64,000 bases of DNA from Chiloscyllium plagiosum (GCF_004010195.1 NC_057735.1:17766865-17830864); one strand, 5' to 3'. Counted from the first letter of the stretch, positions 27,582 through 41,860 are shown. Notes: generated by a model not told the origin, from the sequence alone. Numbers and translations are program-made.

Positions 27582-28947
27582 GTATGTTTTTTTAAAAAAT
27601 CAATTTGATCCATAGATTATGCTTTGAGTACGTTTATTATTGTTTATCCTGCACTAAAACAACAGGCAGTGAAAATTTATACAAACACATTTAAATATTC
27701 ATATTTAGTACTAACTGTCACACTGCTTGAATTTAACCCATTTGGAATTATTAGTGAGGAGACAATTAATGCAGTTATGGATTGGCACCAAAAGCCGGCC
27801 ATGTCCATATTCGATGAAAGAATCATGAACTAGTGCTGGATTTCAAAATGGCTTGTAAAATGAGGAGATGATCTCTGATGCCTTTCTATAGGTTATGGTA
27901 CATAAGACAGCCTGAATATGGACAGAGCAAGAACAAATTCAATAGCATAACTAAGAGGTTTGATGGGATGTTAGTGGCAGAATGTGTTAGCAAAGACATG
28001 GCAGAAAACATATCCATAAACTCGCCAGTCAGGACCGGTCAATTCTGGCCCTTCATGCCCATCTCTTGAAGTGTAACTGCACTTGCAGGACCTTAAAATT
28101 AAGGCCACAACAACCCATTACAAGCATCTTATAAATATTGACAGAGAAGCATGTGATCTTGCTGATATTCAAAATCACAAATTAGCATTCCGTTGATCCC
28201 TAAAATGACTTAGGTTTACAAATTGCACTTCCAAGTACATGTAGCAGATATTACTTACATATTGGAATGGGATCACCTTTTTTTGCTGTTGCTGTGTAAA
28301 AATAATGGAACTTTCTTCCTATCAACGCTGTGGATACACCTGCCTGCCAACCATGCATGGAGTATAGTCAGATAAGAAGGTAAGTGATTATCACATCTTC
28401 AAAGACAATTAGCGATGAGCAATAAATGCTGGAAAAGCCAGTGATATCCACATTCCACAATCAAATAAATAAAATAAATCCTGTCAGAGAACCTTTTCTG
28501 AAATTCCTTCCTTCCAACTGAACAAAATATGCTTTGTCCATCCGCATTAAAGATATAATGATGGATCATGGGGAAATGTTCCTTGCTATGTTGCAGATAT
28601 AGTGTTTATATTTCTCATAGTTTAATGAGTCTCTCCAGGTTGAAAATTGTTTGTTTGTAATTCTTTCACCAGAATGTAATATGAGCAAAGTGCAAAGTAT
28701 TGGAAAGTGGAGCTTCTAAAAGATTATTATTAATCATATGTGGAGTTAAAGAGGGTTGGTTGCCATTTTATACAGATACAGCCTGTAATTGTCATATTTT
28801 GCATGACATCTTATACTAACCCCAATTTGCATTGCATGAATAGTGTAATGATTTCTATGTTTTTTACTTACTGTAAAGATAAACTTGTTAAAAAAATTTA
28901 GCTGAAATTACAATGTCCCTTTAACACAAAGTGTCTTTTTTGTACAG

Positions 28948-28983
28948 GCAGCGTTAGACCTCTCCCCTGTTTTCTGAGCCAAT
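28948..28983 (+). CDS. Gla gene B probable exon 4, linker (G)SVRPLPCFLSQ
   Basis: cttttttgtacag acceptor; GTAAGT donor; 36 nt, phase 1-1. Confidence 0.55.
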
Positions 28984-29039
28984 GTAAGTTTGTAATACAA
29001 TTCACAAATCACATAAATCTATGATTGAAAAACACGATT

Positions 29040-30365
29040 CAGATTGCTGGGCCTCTTGCTGAGATATTTGATAGTCACAGCTGAGGTGCCGGAAGACTGA
29101 AGGTTGGCAAACGTGGTGTCACTGTTTAAGAAGGGTGGTAAAATCAAGCCAGGGAACTATAGACCAGTGAGCCTGATCTCGGTGGTGGGCAAGTTGTTGG
29201 AGGGAATCCTGACGGACAGGATGTACATGTATTTGGAAAGGCAAGGACTGATTCGGGATAGTCAACATGGCTTTGTGTGTGGGAAATCATGTCTCACAAA
29301 CTTGATTGAGTTTTTTGAAGAAGTAACAAAGAAGATTGATGAGGGCAGAGCAGTAGATGTGATCCATATGGACTTCAGTAAGGCGTTTGACTCGGTTCCC
29401 CATGGGAGACTGATTAGCAAGGTTAGATCTCATGGAATACAAGGAGAACTAGCCACTTGGATACAGAACTGGCTCAAAGATAGAAGACAGAGGGTGGGGG
29501 TGGAGGATTGTTCTTCAGACTGGAGGCCTGTGACCAGTGGAGTGCCACAAGGATCGGTGCTGGGCCCTCTAATTTTTGTCATTTACATAAATGATTTGGA
29601 TGTGAGCATAAGAGGTACAGTTAGTAAGATTGCAGATGACACCAAAGTTGGAGGTGTAGTGGACAGCAAAGAGGGTTACCTCAGATTACAGCAGGATCTG
29701 GACCATGGGCCAATGGGCTGAGAAGTGGCAGATTGAGTTTAATTCAGATAAATGCAAGGTGCTGCATCTTGGGAAAGAAAATCTTAGCAGGACTTATACA
29801 CTTAATGGTAAGGTCCTAGAGAGTGTTGCTGAACAAAGAGACCTTGCAGGTTCATAGCTCCTTGAAAGTGGAGTTGCAGGTAGATAGGATAGTGAAGAAG
29901 GCATTTGGTATGCATTCATTTATTAGTCAGAGTATTGAGTACAGGAGTTGGGAGGTCATGTTGCAGCTGCACAGAACATTAGTTCAGGCACTGTTGGAAT
30001 ATTGCGAGCAATTCTTGTCTCCTTCCTATTGGAAGGAGGTTGTGAAACTTGAAAGGGTTCAGAAAAGATTTACAAGGGTGTTGCCAGATAGGTTTAGGGT
30101 GAGAGGGGAAAGATATAAAAGAGACCTAAGGGGCAACTGTTTCACACAGAGGGTGGTACGTGTATGGAATGAGCTGCCAGAGGATGTGGTGGAAGCTGGT
30201 GCAATTGCAACATTTAAGAGGCATTTGGATGGGTATATTAAATGGGAAGGGTTTGGATGGATATGGGCCGGATGCTGGCAGGTGGGACTAGGTTGGGTTG
30301 GGATATCTGGTCGGCATGGACCGAAGGGTCTGTTTCCATGCTGTACATCTCTATGACTCTATGAC
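29040..30365 (+). mobile_element. CR1 LINE (HER1-like) RT, 5'-truncated
   Basis: [37 protein letters not shown] motifs; (ctatga)n tail. Confidence 0.92.
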
Positions 30366-31719
30366 TAAATGGAATTGTTGATTTTTCTTGGAAGTAAGAT
30401 AAACACAATAGCTGAGTAACATAAATATCATAAATATCATTATGGTACAAAAGCACTGTAATGAAATAATTTGAGTAGTTATGATAGATTACCTACTACT
30501 TTTCAGGGATATTGGCCCTAAAATATAGCCACAAAGCAGGAAGCAAACCTGGCTGACAGATCTATTAGCCAGAAAACGTGTTTCTCATGAGGGTGGATAC
30601 AATTTAAGTTTTTGTCAAATTAATTTGCCAGCTGAATTAGGAGCTGTTGGGTGGAGGGGTGGGGAGGAAGAGGAGATGGGGACGGCTAGGGATTGGAGTG
30701 AACATGAGTCAGATGTGATGCTAGGGGTGAAGTCAAACATCAAAAGGGATAGGAGTTGAAAATCTTGGAAGGCGAGGTCAGTGGTGGAGGTGAATGGGGA
30801 GGGGGTAACATCACCAATTCAATTATATGGGGCAAGGAGCCCAACAACTAGATACTGGAAGGGTCCCAACCCTGTCTTTAAATGTGAATGCACTAATCAC
30901 GTAGGAGATGAGCTTGGAACCCAGTTAGTGATACCAAGTTTGGCCAGGAGCTGCCAGCAATGCACAAGCAACAAAGGCAAATGGCAACAATGTTAGGACC
31001 TGCTTTTGCCTTGCAAAGGAGAGAAGACTGCTCTTCTCTGAGGGCTAGCAGCCTCATTAAGAATAAAGCTGACCAAAAGCCAAATATAAGGTCAAACACA
31101 TGAAATGGTGCCCGATCTTACAGCTTCTGAAGATCTCTAAAATTAAAAAAATAGATTATTTTCTTCTGCCTTTGAACAGAAACGATGTGCACTAATGTTC
31201 ATTAGTCTATACAGATTCAGCAGATTCAAATTTGAGTACTTGCTTCTGGCCTACCTGACCTGTTAAGAAGTGCCTCAGGGAGCTTAGTGGGCTGTTAACT
31301 GGAGGCAAATTGCTTCCCCATTGCCCTCCCACCTCCTGTCCTCCCATTGAAAATTGTATTGTGCTTCAGAAGAGGTAACATCCAGTGTCACACTCCAGGA
31401 ACTTAATTTTCAAATTATGCATCCCCTTGACCTTCAGCTTCACTGGTAGTTGAAAACCCTGTGACATTTCATCTAGGAATCATTGAGAAGATGGGAATTT
31501 AATTTTAATTTTCTGGCAGTGATACTGCTGACACCTCCAGCTGATATTCAGCTGATTCAAAATAGCGTTGAGTTCAAGCTCAGGACTTACCTGGGTTACC
31601 GTCCCTCCTGTGGGGCTAATTATTTGCGCTGCTATTTCAGAACACATTCTCTATGTCTTGTTGGTCTGTCTGGAGAGCACATGGTACATTTCACAGTCCA
31701 AAGACTCTAACAGAGTGAA

Positions 31720-32440
31720 GTGCAGTGGGATTTGTGAGAGCATTCTTGTGCATGAAACAAGAAAAGTTAGCATGAGATGTAGCAAGTAATTAAGAAGGCA
31801 AGTGGAATTTTGACTTTTATTGTTGGGGTGGGGTGGTTTGCATTTTAAAATAAAACTGTACAAAATGTTGGTGAGGTCCCATTGGAACATTGCGTACAGC
31901 TTTGGTCCCCGTATTTTAGAAAGGATATATTGGCTTTGAAGGCAGTTCAAAACAGATTCACAAGGCTGATTCCTTGGATGGAAGGGTTGACTTATCAAGA
32001 ATGGATAAACAGGTTAGGCCTTTATTCATTAGACTTTAGAAGAAGGAGGGGTGATTTATGGAAACATACAAGATTCTGCAGCAGTTTGACAAGGTAGATG
32101 TTGAGAAGATGTCTTCACTAGTGTTACATAGTTATTAAATAAGGGGACACTCATTTAAAGCAGAGATGCAAAGGGATTCCTTCTTCCAGAAGTGAATGCC
32201 TTGAATTCTTTACCCCAAAGACCTGTGGAACCAAGAAAACTGAAATTGTTTAAATGCGATGTGTATGTATTTAATATGTTTAGATATATTCCCAATTTGG
32301 ATTTAGTGGGAAGTTGAGGGTTATGAGGAAATGGCACAAAAGAGTGGTTGAAGTCTGAGGCAAATCAGCAAATGATCTTATAGAATGGTGGGACAGGCTT
32401 GAGGCACCAAATAGCTACTCCAGCTCTTACTTCTTATAAT
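31720..32440 (+). mobile_element. Degenerate CR1 3' fragment
   Basis: EHCVQLWSPYFRKDI, RFTRLIP motifs. Confidence 0.8.
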
Positions 32441-32727
32441 CTTATTTCAAGAGACATTTACTTCTTATTCCATCTGCCTTTGTTTATTGTTTGTGAGTTA
32501 ACTTGGAAATATCCTCAAATTTTAACTATTCAAGCACTATCCTGATGATAATTGTAAATAAATGAATTTTTACAAGCAGAAAACAATATTGCCTTGTCAT
32601 GGAATATGTTATAAGAAACACAATCACAATTTTAATTTAAACATTGTGAACTTGAATTAGCTTAATACATATTCTAATCCTGCATTAAAATGGCATTGTT
32701 GTTTAAACTCTTCTTTCTTGTTCATAG

Positions 32728-32912
32728 CACGCTGTGCAAAGGACAATCTGAAAGAGGTCTATTCCATAGGAAAGAAAATCTTTGAAAAACAAAAGGAAGT
32801 TGTCTATCTTCATCAGCAACTGATCCATCGCAAGTCGTACATTTTGTACCGGATGAGCAATCTATTTCAAAGCATAGAACGTTTGGTTTGGTTGATATCA
32901 GATCAGCTTTAA
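32728..32912 (+). CDS. Gla gene B terminal exon, coiled coil (S)RCAKDNLKEVYSIGKKIFEKQKEVVYLHQQLIHRKSYILYRMSNLFQSIERLVWLISDQL*
   Basis: ttctttcttgttcatag acceptor, phase 1; heptads align without gaps to gene A exon 4; AATAAA at 33007-33012. Confidence 0.72.
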
Positions 32913-35669
32913 ATGATCTGCATATTGTTTATTTTGAATGTGAATATGTTATTAGTGGGTCCATGCACTGGATAATGCTTAGAAAACATTGAAATTTCAC
33001 CTTTGGAATAAAAAAATTAACTTTTTCTCAAACTCTTTTCAACTTGTTGTAATAATATTGCAGCAACTTTAAACATTTTAGCTGTAAGTCTACAATAAAA
33101 TTCTTGTCGTACTTTTGCAATGTTTTTAACTGCAAAAGTTAAACCAAAATAATTATAGGAGTATTTTATACAGAACATACAGCATAGAAATAGACTGTTC
33201 AGCTCAATTGACCCATGCTGATATTTATGCTCCACATGACTGTTTTGTTATCCCATTTCATCAAATCGGGTGAGCGTAATAACAACAACTTGCATTTATC
33301 TAGCATCTTTAATAAAGCAAAAGATTCCAAGATGATCTACAGGAGCATTATCAAACAAAAAGTGACACAACTGTATAAAGACAAATTAGGACAGGTGCCC
33401 AAAAGGTTGCTCAAAAGCATTGGTTTTAAGGAACATCTTGAAGGAGGAAAGTTCAGTAGAGGAGCAGAAAATCTAAGAATCGAATTCAATGGTTTTGGGC
33501 TTCAGCAGTTGAAGTCAAGATCACCAGCTAAGGAGTGGGTAAAATCATGGTTGTGGAAGATCTGGGAATCAAAGGAATCTTGGAATATTTTTGGGCTGAG
33601 GGGTAATCTGAAATTGGAAAGAGCCAGGACACATGAAATAATCTGAAAGATGATAATCATGGCAGATGGTGGAATTTGCATTCAATAAAAATCCAAACTA
33701 AAGAGTCTAACGATGACAATAAATCAATTGCCGATTGTTGGAAAACCCATCTGGTTCATTAATGTTCTTTAGGGAAGGAAACTGCTATCCTTACCTCGTC
33801 TGGACTATATTTGACTCCAGACCTTTCTGGGCAATTAGGGATAGGCAATAAATGGTCACCAAGCCTGCGATGTCCTCAACCCATGAATGAGGTCTTGCTT
33901 AACTGAAGACCAAATGTAGTTTAGTGAGCACAGGAAGAATAAGAAGTGAACAGGACTTGTGTGAGTTAACCTTCAATTTTTTTCTCCCTGATATTTCCCT
34001 GGCTTTGGGGAAATGCATATATCATTCTAAAGACTCTCTGGGAAGAGGTCTTTCCTGAATTCCCTTTTGAATTTAGTTTTGACTTTCTAATACATATAGC
34101 CCTCAGTTTTGGATTTCTCAATAAATGGAAGCATTATCACTGGGTGGAATCTTTCATTTTTTTGGGCTAAGTCCAACTTGTATCAAATTCTTTGGTGTGA
34201 TTCTTGCCATGAGGCCGAGTGAGAATTCTCACTGTACTTTACCAAATGAGTCTCATTAACTACTTATTCCACCTAAAGTCATCCTTCATATCTGAACTTA
34301 TCACATGCCATTCCCAGAACAACTTTCTACTCACTGGATAGCAATCAAGAGCCCAGCATCCCTGGCACCTGCTGCTCTGCACTTGGATAAGCACTGACTT
34401 GAACCTGAACTTGTCGTGGAATGGCGCTGTGATTCTCTGACAGGGGCAAGGAGATCCTGGTCAAGGGATTGGTGCAAAGGAGTCCTTATCCACGATGGAC
34501 TGGCAATGGAGGGTGTCCTGCTCATCCAAGGTCGCTCCTTGGGTCAGTGCCATTTCTATGCTACAGAGGAAGTGACAGTAGTGCCATAAGGTGGTCAATG
34601 ACCTTTTCCACTCCACCAGAGTAAGTGCTACACTTTTCTGTCTGTCACCTCACACTCACTCTGTCTTTGCTACTGGACTCCACCACCTACCAAGGTTTAT
34701 CACGTACCAATCACACTATTGTCTGCAGCATTTTCCCTTGCCAGCTCTCACCCCTCATCCCAACATTCCACACCACTAATCCTACACACTCTCTGCACTG
34801 CTTCCTCAATCCCTGAAAACCCTTCACCACCTTTTGAACTATCATTAACAGTTGTGCCATCCACTTGCATCGCATTCAACCCCTCCGTTCCTTCATTCAA
34901 GTAGAAAACAGCCCTTGATAGGGGAGAAAGGTGCTGGACGTGTGGACAAGTGCATAACGTTTGATTCCTCAACCTTCAGAGGAGAGGACTAGCACTGCCC
35001 CTGCATGCTGAGACATCAATGTCCCAACAACCGTCTAAGTACCACTCTTCATTCCATTGCAGGCTTCACAGTAAATCCGCTATCTGTGTAATACATTGTG
35101 TACGACTCCTAACCACTAGTTGTAAAGCCTTCAAACTCTTTTGTCTTGAGGTACTACCGGTATATCCACAACCACTTTGGAGAAATAGTCAGCTCCCCCA
35201 GAAACGTCTTGCCCAACCTCGAAGGATGAGAATACAGAGGTGTCAGAGGAAGCAGCAACAAAGCAGCCTTCTGCACATTCTACCAGCGCAGATGTTGACA
35301 CTTCGATGGGAACATTCATCTTGGGGGCACAATCTAGTGAGAACCTAACTATGACAGCTCCACAGCTGCTGGAGGGAGAAACAGCCCAAGTCACTGGTAC
35401 TTGGATGGAGACCAGGTCGCTACTCAGCTGCAGGCAGGAGATGACTCTGTCGCATTGGTAATTAGGAACTTTGTCCACAAGCACAGGGAGGAACAGTAAG
35501 CAGCAGACAGGAATGTGGGGCACAATAGCCCTTATTGCTCAGAAGCTACAACAGTACACAAGTCAAGTAACCAGCTGTTTCTTTCAATGAACAGGTTGGT
35601 AGCTGCCATGGAGAGCTAGGATCAGTGCCCTCAGGGTTTGCTGGAGAGACATATATACCTATACTCCAT

Positions 35670-36385
35670 CATAGAACATAGAAAAATACAGCGCAGTACA
35701 GGCCCTTTGGCCCTCGATGTTGCGCTGATCCAAGCCCACCTAACCTACACTAGCCCACTATCCTCCATATGCCTATCCAATGCCTGTTTAAATGCCCATA
35801 AAGAGGGAGAGTCCACCACTGCTACTGGCAGGGCATTCCATGAACTCACGTCTTGCTGAGTAAAGAATCTACCCCTAACATCTGTTCTATACCTACCACC
35901 CCTTAATGTAAAGTTATGCCCCCTCGTAATAGCTGACTCCATACGTGGAAAAAGGTTCTTATGGTCAACCCTATCTAAACCCCTAATCATCTTGTACACC
36001 TTTATCAAGTCACCCCTAAACCTTCTTTTCTCCAATGAAAAATATAACTCAGGTTCTTTTTCAATCTTTCCCTTCTCAACTTGAACCAGGCCCTCTAGTT
36101 TTGGACTCTCCCACTCCAGGGAAAAGACATTGACTATCACCCTGTCCACGTCTCTCATGATTTTACAAACCTCAATAAGATCACTCCTCAGCCTCCGACA
36201 CTCCAGGGAAAACAGCCCCAGCCTATTCAGCCTCTCTCTATAGCTCAAACCCTCCAAACCCGGCAACATCCTTGCACATCTTTTTTGAGCCCTTTCAAGT
36301 TTAACACCATCTTTCCTATAGAAGAGTGACCAGAATTGAATACAGTGGCCTCAGCAGCCGCAACATGAAATCCCAACTCAATACC
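35670..36385 (-). mobile_element. Two adjoining CR1 3' fragments
   Basis: Repeated LFSLE.RR.RGDLI motifs in ORF 35745-36269. Confidence 0.85.
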
Positions 36386-37002
36386 CAACGCATTTGGATG
36401 GGTTTGTCTGATTGGGCCGAGGAGAGATCTACCTCCTCCATTCTTCTTCCTCCTCCTTCACCTCCTGCTCCTCGGCTGCTCAATGATGCCAAGAGCTATG
36501 TTCTGTTCATAGTGAGATGGCACAGGGTTCAGGAGAGCACAGTGAAACTGAATACCCGCGGTGGGACAGTGGAAATGTTGTTTCGGCACTTTGAGGTATT
36601 ATTCATTGACATGCTGTGTAGCAGTATGACTTTCAGTGTCCATAAATTGAGGAGGGAGTGGTGCAGTGACATTAACACTGGATGAATAACCCAGAACTCT
36701 GATTGAATCTGTGAGGAACTGTTAGCTTGCATCCCTCCAAGGAACTTGGTAAAGTTAGCAATCAATTGATAAACCTGGAATTAAAAACTGGTCACTTGGT
36801 TCAGTACCAAAGAAGACTGACTGGAAATTTTAGCTCTGTTTCTCTCTTCACAGGTGCTACCAGACCTGCTGAGTTTCTCTGTGCTCAGTTCAGATCTCCA
36901 GCATCTGTGGTATCTGCCTTCGTTGAAAATTCCTGCTGTGCAAACCCGAGTCCTAATCACCTCTGCCCTCTGACCTTCTTCAGCTCCTACTCCACACCCA
37001 TC

Positions 37003-38785
37003 ACTTCACCATTCTACTTAATTGTGACTCAGTATTCACATTGACAATAATGTCCTGTTCCTGATTGAATACTGACGAAAAGTATTCTTTCAGTGTCTCC
37101 CCAATCTCTTCAGCCTCTACACGCAACTTCCCACTACTATCCTTGACTGGACCTATTCCTACCCTAGTCATTCTTTTATTCCTGACATACCTATAGAAAG
37201 CTTTAGGGTTTTCCCTAATCCTACCAACTAAGGACTTTTCATGTCCCCTCCTTGCTGCTCTTAGCTCTCTCTTCAGATCCTTCCTGGCTACCTTATAACT
37301 CTCAATCGCCCCCAATTGAACCTTCACGCCCCATCTTTACATATGCCGCCCTCTTCCATTTAACTAGGGATTCCAACTCCTTATTAAACCACGGCTCCCT
37401 CACACGACCCTTTCCTCCCTGCCTGACAGGTACATACTTATCAAGGACACTCAATAGTTGCTCCTTGCACAAGCTCCACATATCAATTGTGCCCATGCCT
37501 TGAAGCCTACCTTTACAAGCCACGCATCCTAAGTCGTGCCTCACTGCATCATAATTTCCCTGTCCCCAGCTATAACTCTTGCCCTGCAGTGCACACTTAT
37601 CCCTCTCCATCACTAGAGTAAAAGTCACTGAATTGTGGTCACTGTTCCCAAAGTGCTCACCTACCTCCAATTCTAACACCTGGCCTGGTTCGTTACCCAG
37701 AACCAAATCCAGTATGGCCTCACCTCTTGTTGGCCTGTCTACATATTGTCAGGAAACCAGCCTGCACACATTGGACGACCACCGACCCATCTAACGAACT
37801 CGAGCTATAGCTTTCCCAGTCAATATCTGGAAAGTTAAAGACCCCATAACAACTTCCCTATTACTTTCACTCTTCTCCTGAATCATCCTCACAATCCTTT
37901 CTTCTACATCTCAAGGACTATTAGGAGGCCTGTAGAAAACTCCTAACAGGGTGACCTCACCTTTCCTATTCCTAACCTATTTGCACGTTCTCCCCGTGTC
38001 TGTTTTACCCCCATCTCTGACCCTACTAAAACATTTAAACCCTGGAACCTGCACCAGCCAATCCTGTCCCTGTTCTAGCCATGTCTCCGTAATAGCCACA
38101 ACATCGAAATCCCAGGTACCAACCCACGCTGCAAGTTCACCTACCTTATTTTGTATACTTCTTGCATTGAAGCATACACACTTCAAGCCACTTTCCTGTT
38201 TACAGGCGCCCTCCTTTGAGATTGATGTCATGTTCCTAACCTCCCTACACTCCAGGTCCTGCACCCTAAAGCTACAGTCTGGGTTCCCATGCCCCTGCAG
38301 AGTTAGTTTAAACCCCCCCCAAGAGCACTAGCAAACCTCCCAACAAGGATACTGGTGCCCCTTAGGTTCAGGTGTAGACCATCCTGTTTAAATGGTCCCA
38401 CCTTCCCCAGAAAGAACCCCAGTTATCCAGATACCGGAATCCCTCCCTCCTGCACCATCCCTGTAGCCACGCATTTAACTGTTCTCTCTCCCTATTCCTC
38501 GACTCTCTATCACGTGGCACGGGTAACAAACCAGAGACAACAACTCTGTTTGTTCTAACTCTGAGCTTCCAGCCTACCTCCCTGAAAGCCTGCCTAACAT
38601 CCTCAGCCCTCCTCTTACCTATGTCATTGGTGCCAATGTGGACCATGACTTCGGGCTGCTCCCCCTCCCCCTTAAGGACCTGGAAAACACGATCAGAGAC
38701 GTCACGTACCCTTGCACCTGGGAGGCAACATACCAAACGTGAATCTCTCTCGCCCCCACAGAACTGCCTATATTCCTCAGCCATT
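37003..38785 (-). mobile_element. CR1 LINE 5' part: ORF1 esterase and ORF2 endonuclease
   Basis: CLPGARVRD/VHIGTND esterase; FNARSI, VAITETWL, SDHNSV endonuclease; NPKAFYRY. Confidence 0.9.
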
Positions 38786-39389
38786 TATCATTAGGACTGA
38801 AGGCATAGGTAAAGAGGGCTGGGGAGCCTGGCATGCCTACAAGGCGCCCCTTGCTCATAAGGAGATAGAACAATGCCACAGAGCACTCAGCTGGTGAGGT
38901 TTCTCATGGTCCCTCAGAGGTCTTCTCACAGGACACTCCAGATATGGTCTGTGAGGAGACCTCCATTATGCCCTTGGAGGTTTAAACTGAGGGGGTACCA
39001 CTTAATCCTGGCAAGTAGACCCTTAGCCTGTCCAAGATACAAATGTTCTTGCAGTCACCCAACCAAACCTTCAGGGCCAATGGGCTCCATTGCTGAGATG
39101 TGCCCTGCAATCTATTGTAGAAGCAGGAGGAGACCAAGATGTTATGGGAGTGATAAAAAGAGAAAACCTATTTTCGGGCACTTTGGATGCATACGTAGCA
39201 ATGTATTATACATGAATTTAAACATTTGCATAAATTTCACTGTCCTTGATTTCAAACTGCTTGCTTGAGTATCTCTGTAGCTGCAAAAGCAACTTTTTTA
39301 GCATGATGCTTAACTTCATATGTGCCAAGGACTGTGGTGAAAGGCAGCGTGTGTAAGCGAGATGAACAAGGTCAATAAAGTGTTAGACT

Positions 39390-40060
39390 CATAGAGAAAT
39401 AAACAGCACGGAAACAGGTCCTTTGGTCCAACTTGTCCATGCCAACCAGATATTCTAAAAAATCTAGTCACGTTTGCCATCTTTTGGCCATATCCCTCTA
39501 AACCCTTCCTATTCGTATACCCATCCCCAGATGCCTTTTAACTGTTGTAAGTGCACCAGCCTCCACCACATCCTCTGCAGCTCATTCCATACAAACATGA
39601 CCCTCTGTGCGAAAAAGTTGTCCCTTAGGTCCCTTTTAAATCGTTCCCCTCTCACCTTAAACTTATGTCCTCTAGTTTGGACTCCCCCACTCTGGTGAAA
39701 AAGACCTTGTCTATTTACCCTATCCATGTCCTTCATGATTTTATAAACCTCTATAAGATAATCCCTCAGCCTCCGATGCTCCAGGGAAAATAGTGCCAGT
39801 CTGTTCAGCCTCTTCCTATAGCTCAAACCCTCCAACCCTGGTAACATCCTTGTAAATGTTTTCTCAACCCTTTCACGTTTCACAATATTTCCTATAGCAG
39901 GAAGACCTGAATTGCATGCAATATTCCTATAATGGCCTAACCAATGTCCGGGGTGCAAAATGACATCCAAATTCCTATACTCAATGCATTGACCAATGAA
40001 GGCAAGCTTACCAAATGCCTCCTTCACTATTCTATCCAGCTGCAACTTCACCTTCAATCT
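39390..40060 (-). mobile_element. CR1 LINE 3' fragment
   Basis: ORF 39509-40057, RGHKFKVRGERFKRDLR. Confidence 0.85.
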
Positions 40061-41711
40061 TGGCCTATAGGATCTACTGTCATAGTTGCCCCTCGTCCTG
40101 AAACATCACTATATTTTCCCTGGTCTATGTGTCCAAACGTTTTGGTGTGAATCAAATGGTGAGTAATATCTGGGGCAGGGAGTTATATAACAAAGAGGAG
40201 ACTTAAATGCCAGGATGGGCCAGGGATAAGGGAGTCCACAGACCTATGCCCCGTAAGGTGCATGGGTCTTTGTGTGACATTGTTCTCCTTCCTCGTGACC
40301 CTCCCTCACACCCACTGCCTTCCCCGTGCCACCCTGCCCCATTGCACACTTTCAATTTCCAGCATGATGGAAGGGGACAGTGAGCACTCAATGATCAGTG
40401 GCTTCCAGCCACTACCTCTACATGTCAGTAAGGCTCTGACCATCTATATCCCACTCTTTGAATTTACTGTTGCCTCCTTTATAATTATCATTACCCACCT
40501 CCATCCAGCCTGCAGCCCTAAATCCTGAGGAATAGTTTGCCATGTCTCCTACACAGGCAGCATCGACCCAACACCAACCTCATCCCCAACCCAACCCCCA
40601 CCCAGTCCCCTACCTTCCCCATAGCCTTTCACCCTCCAGAATGGCTGCTGTGGAGCCAAAGAACTAACAGTGACAAACTACCTGGTCTGCACAGACAGAA
40701 ACTCCTTCCCCACACCCCCTACCAATTGAAACATCCTGATCTGATGACTAACTGTGGGCAATTCCCTGGACTGGCATCAGAGGCTGTCCAGGACTAACTG
40801 TGACAGAACCCTTGTTTAATGGGTGCCTCCATGTGCATATTTGAGGACAACCTCCCTGAGAATTTGAGACAGGTTTGCTTGTTTGTTGCACATACAATGC
40901 ACTGCATTGCAGGCTGCAAGCACATGTGCAGGCATGAGATTGACAATAGCCGTCCAGCAAGATGTATGCCCCTTGACTGAGGAGTGTTGAGCAGCAGGGC
41001 AAGCTGCCCCGGTTGTATCACTGCCCTAATCAGTATGACAAGGCAAGGCAAACTATAGATGGCATTAAAGAGAACTGTTGTTAAACCTGTATAGGGAAGG
41101 ACAAGATGCCTCCACTTGGTGCCCTCCACAGAGGAGGCAGAAATTTCACTTCTCTGCCAAGCCAGCAGGCTGACCCTGGCACCAAGGAGAACTATCACTC
41201 ACCTCCAAAGTTGCTATTAGGGAAATGGGAGGAGTCATTGCCTCCCGGGGCCACCCTTTTAGCCAAATAGCCACCAATTCCAATGGCTCCAACACATTCC
41301 ACTCAAAAGCTTCTAGGAGACTGCCTCCCTTCATCTGGCAATTCTCCCATATGATAATGGCAAAATGCCAGTAGTCTCACAAAATGGGCCCCTAAGGTGC
41401 TCTTAGTTACTTAAACTAGCTGTTTGTCTCCAGTTGGTAGTTAGCTCCTATGTTTACAGTCCTGTCTCTAGTAAAATGGCCTGGGGTTGGGACTACATTG
41501 ATGGGATATGCCCTCTCAATGCTTCCCGACATTTTACCAGCCCTCACCTCCCCCCTCTCCAACTCTCCATGGGGTACCAGTAAGATTCTACCCCATGTTA
41601 AACAGTTACAATATGTATCTGCTTTGAGATAAGAAATTATATATTTTGCGGACACCATCAATACTGAAATAAGTGCGCTGTGAACTGCTGTGACAGCATT
41701 TCAAAATAATT

Positions 41712-41725
41712 GGTTACTTATTAAG
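41712..41725 (+). promoter_or_regulatory. HNF1-like site in gene C promoter
   Basis: GGTTACTTATTAAG in a block shared with 2740-2775. Confidence 0.5.
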
Positions 41726-41860
41726 CAAAACATTTTAGCAGTGATAGTAAAACACTGACTATACAAACAGTGAAACATCAGTTTGAGTGAAGTCCAATTA
41801 GCTAATACAAAATTGCATCTTGACTTTGCTGTACATTTGAGCAGGAATTTTGGGAGTAAA

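Noticed and set aside
33215-33646. 143-aa ORF after gene B
   Set aside because: Lies past the poly(A) signal, looks like old repeat sequence, no domain motif
34150-35640. Overlapping ORFs in a GC-richer block (similar at 12400-13600 and 40100-41600)
   Set aside because: No consistent frame or splice structure; probably decayed transposons that I cannot classify
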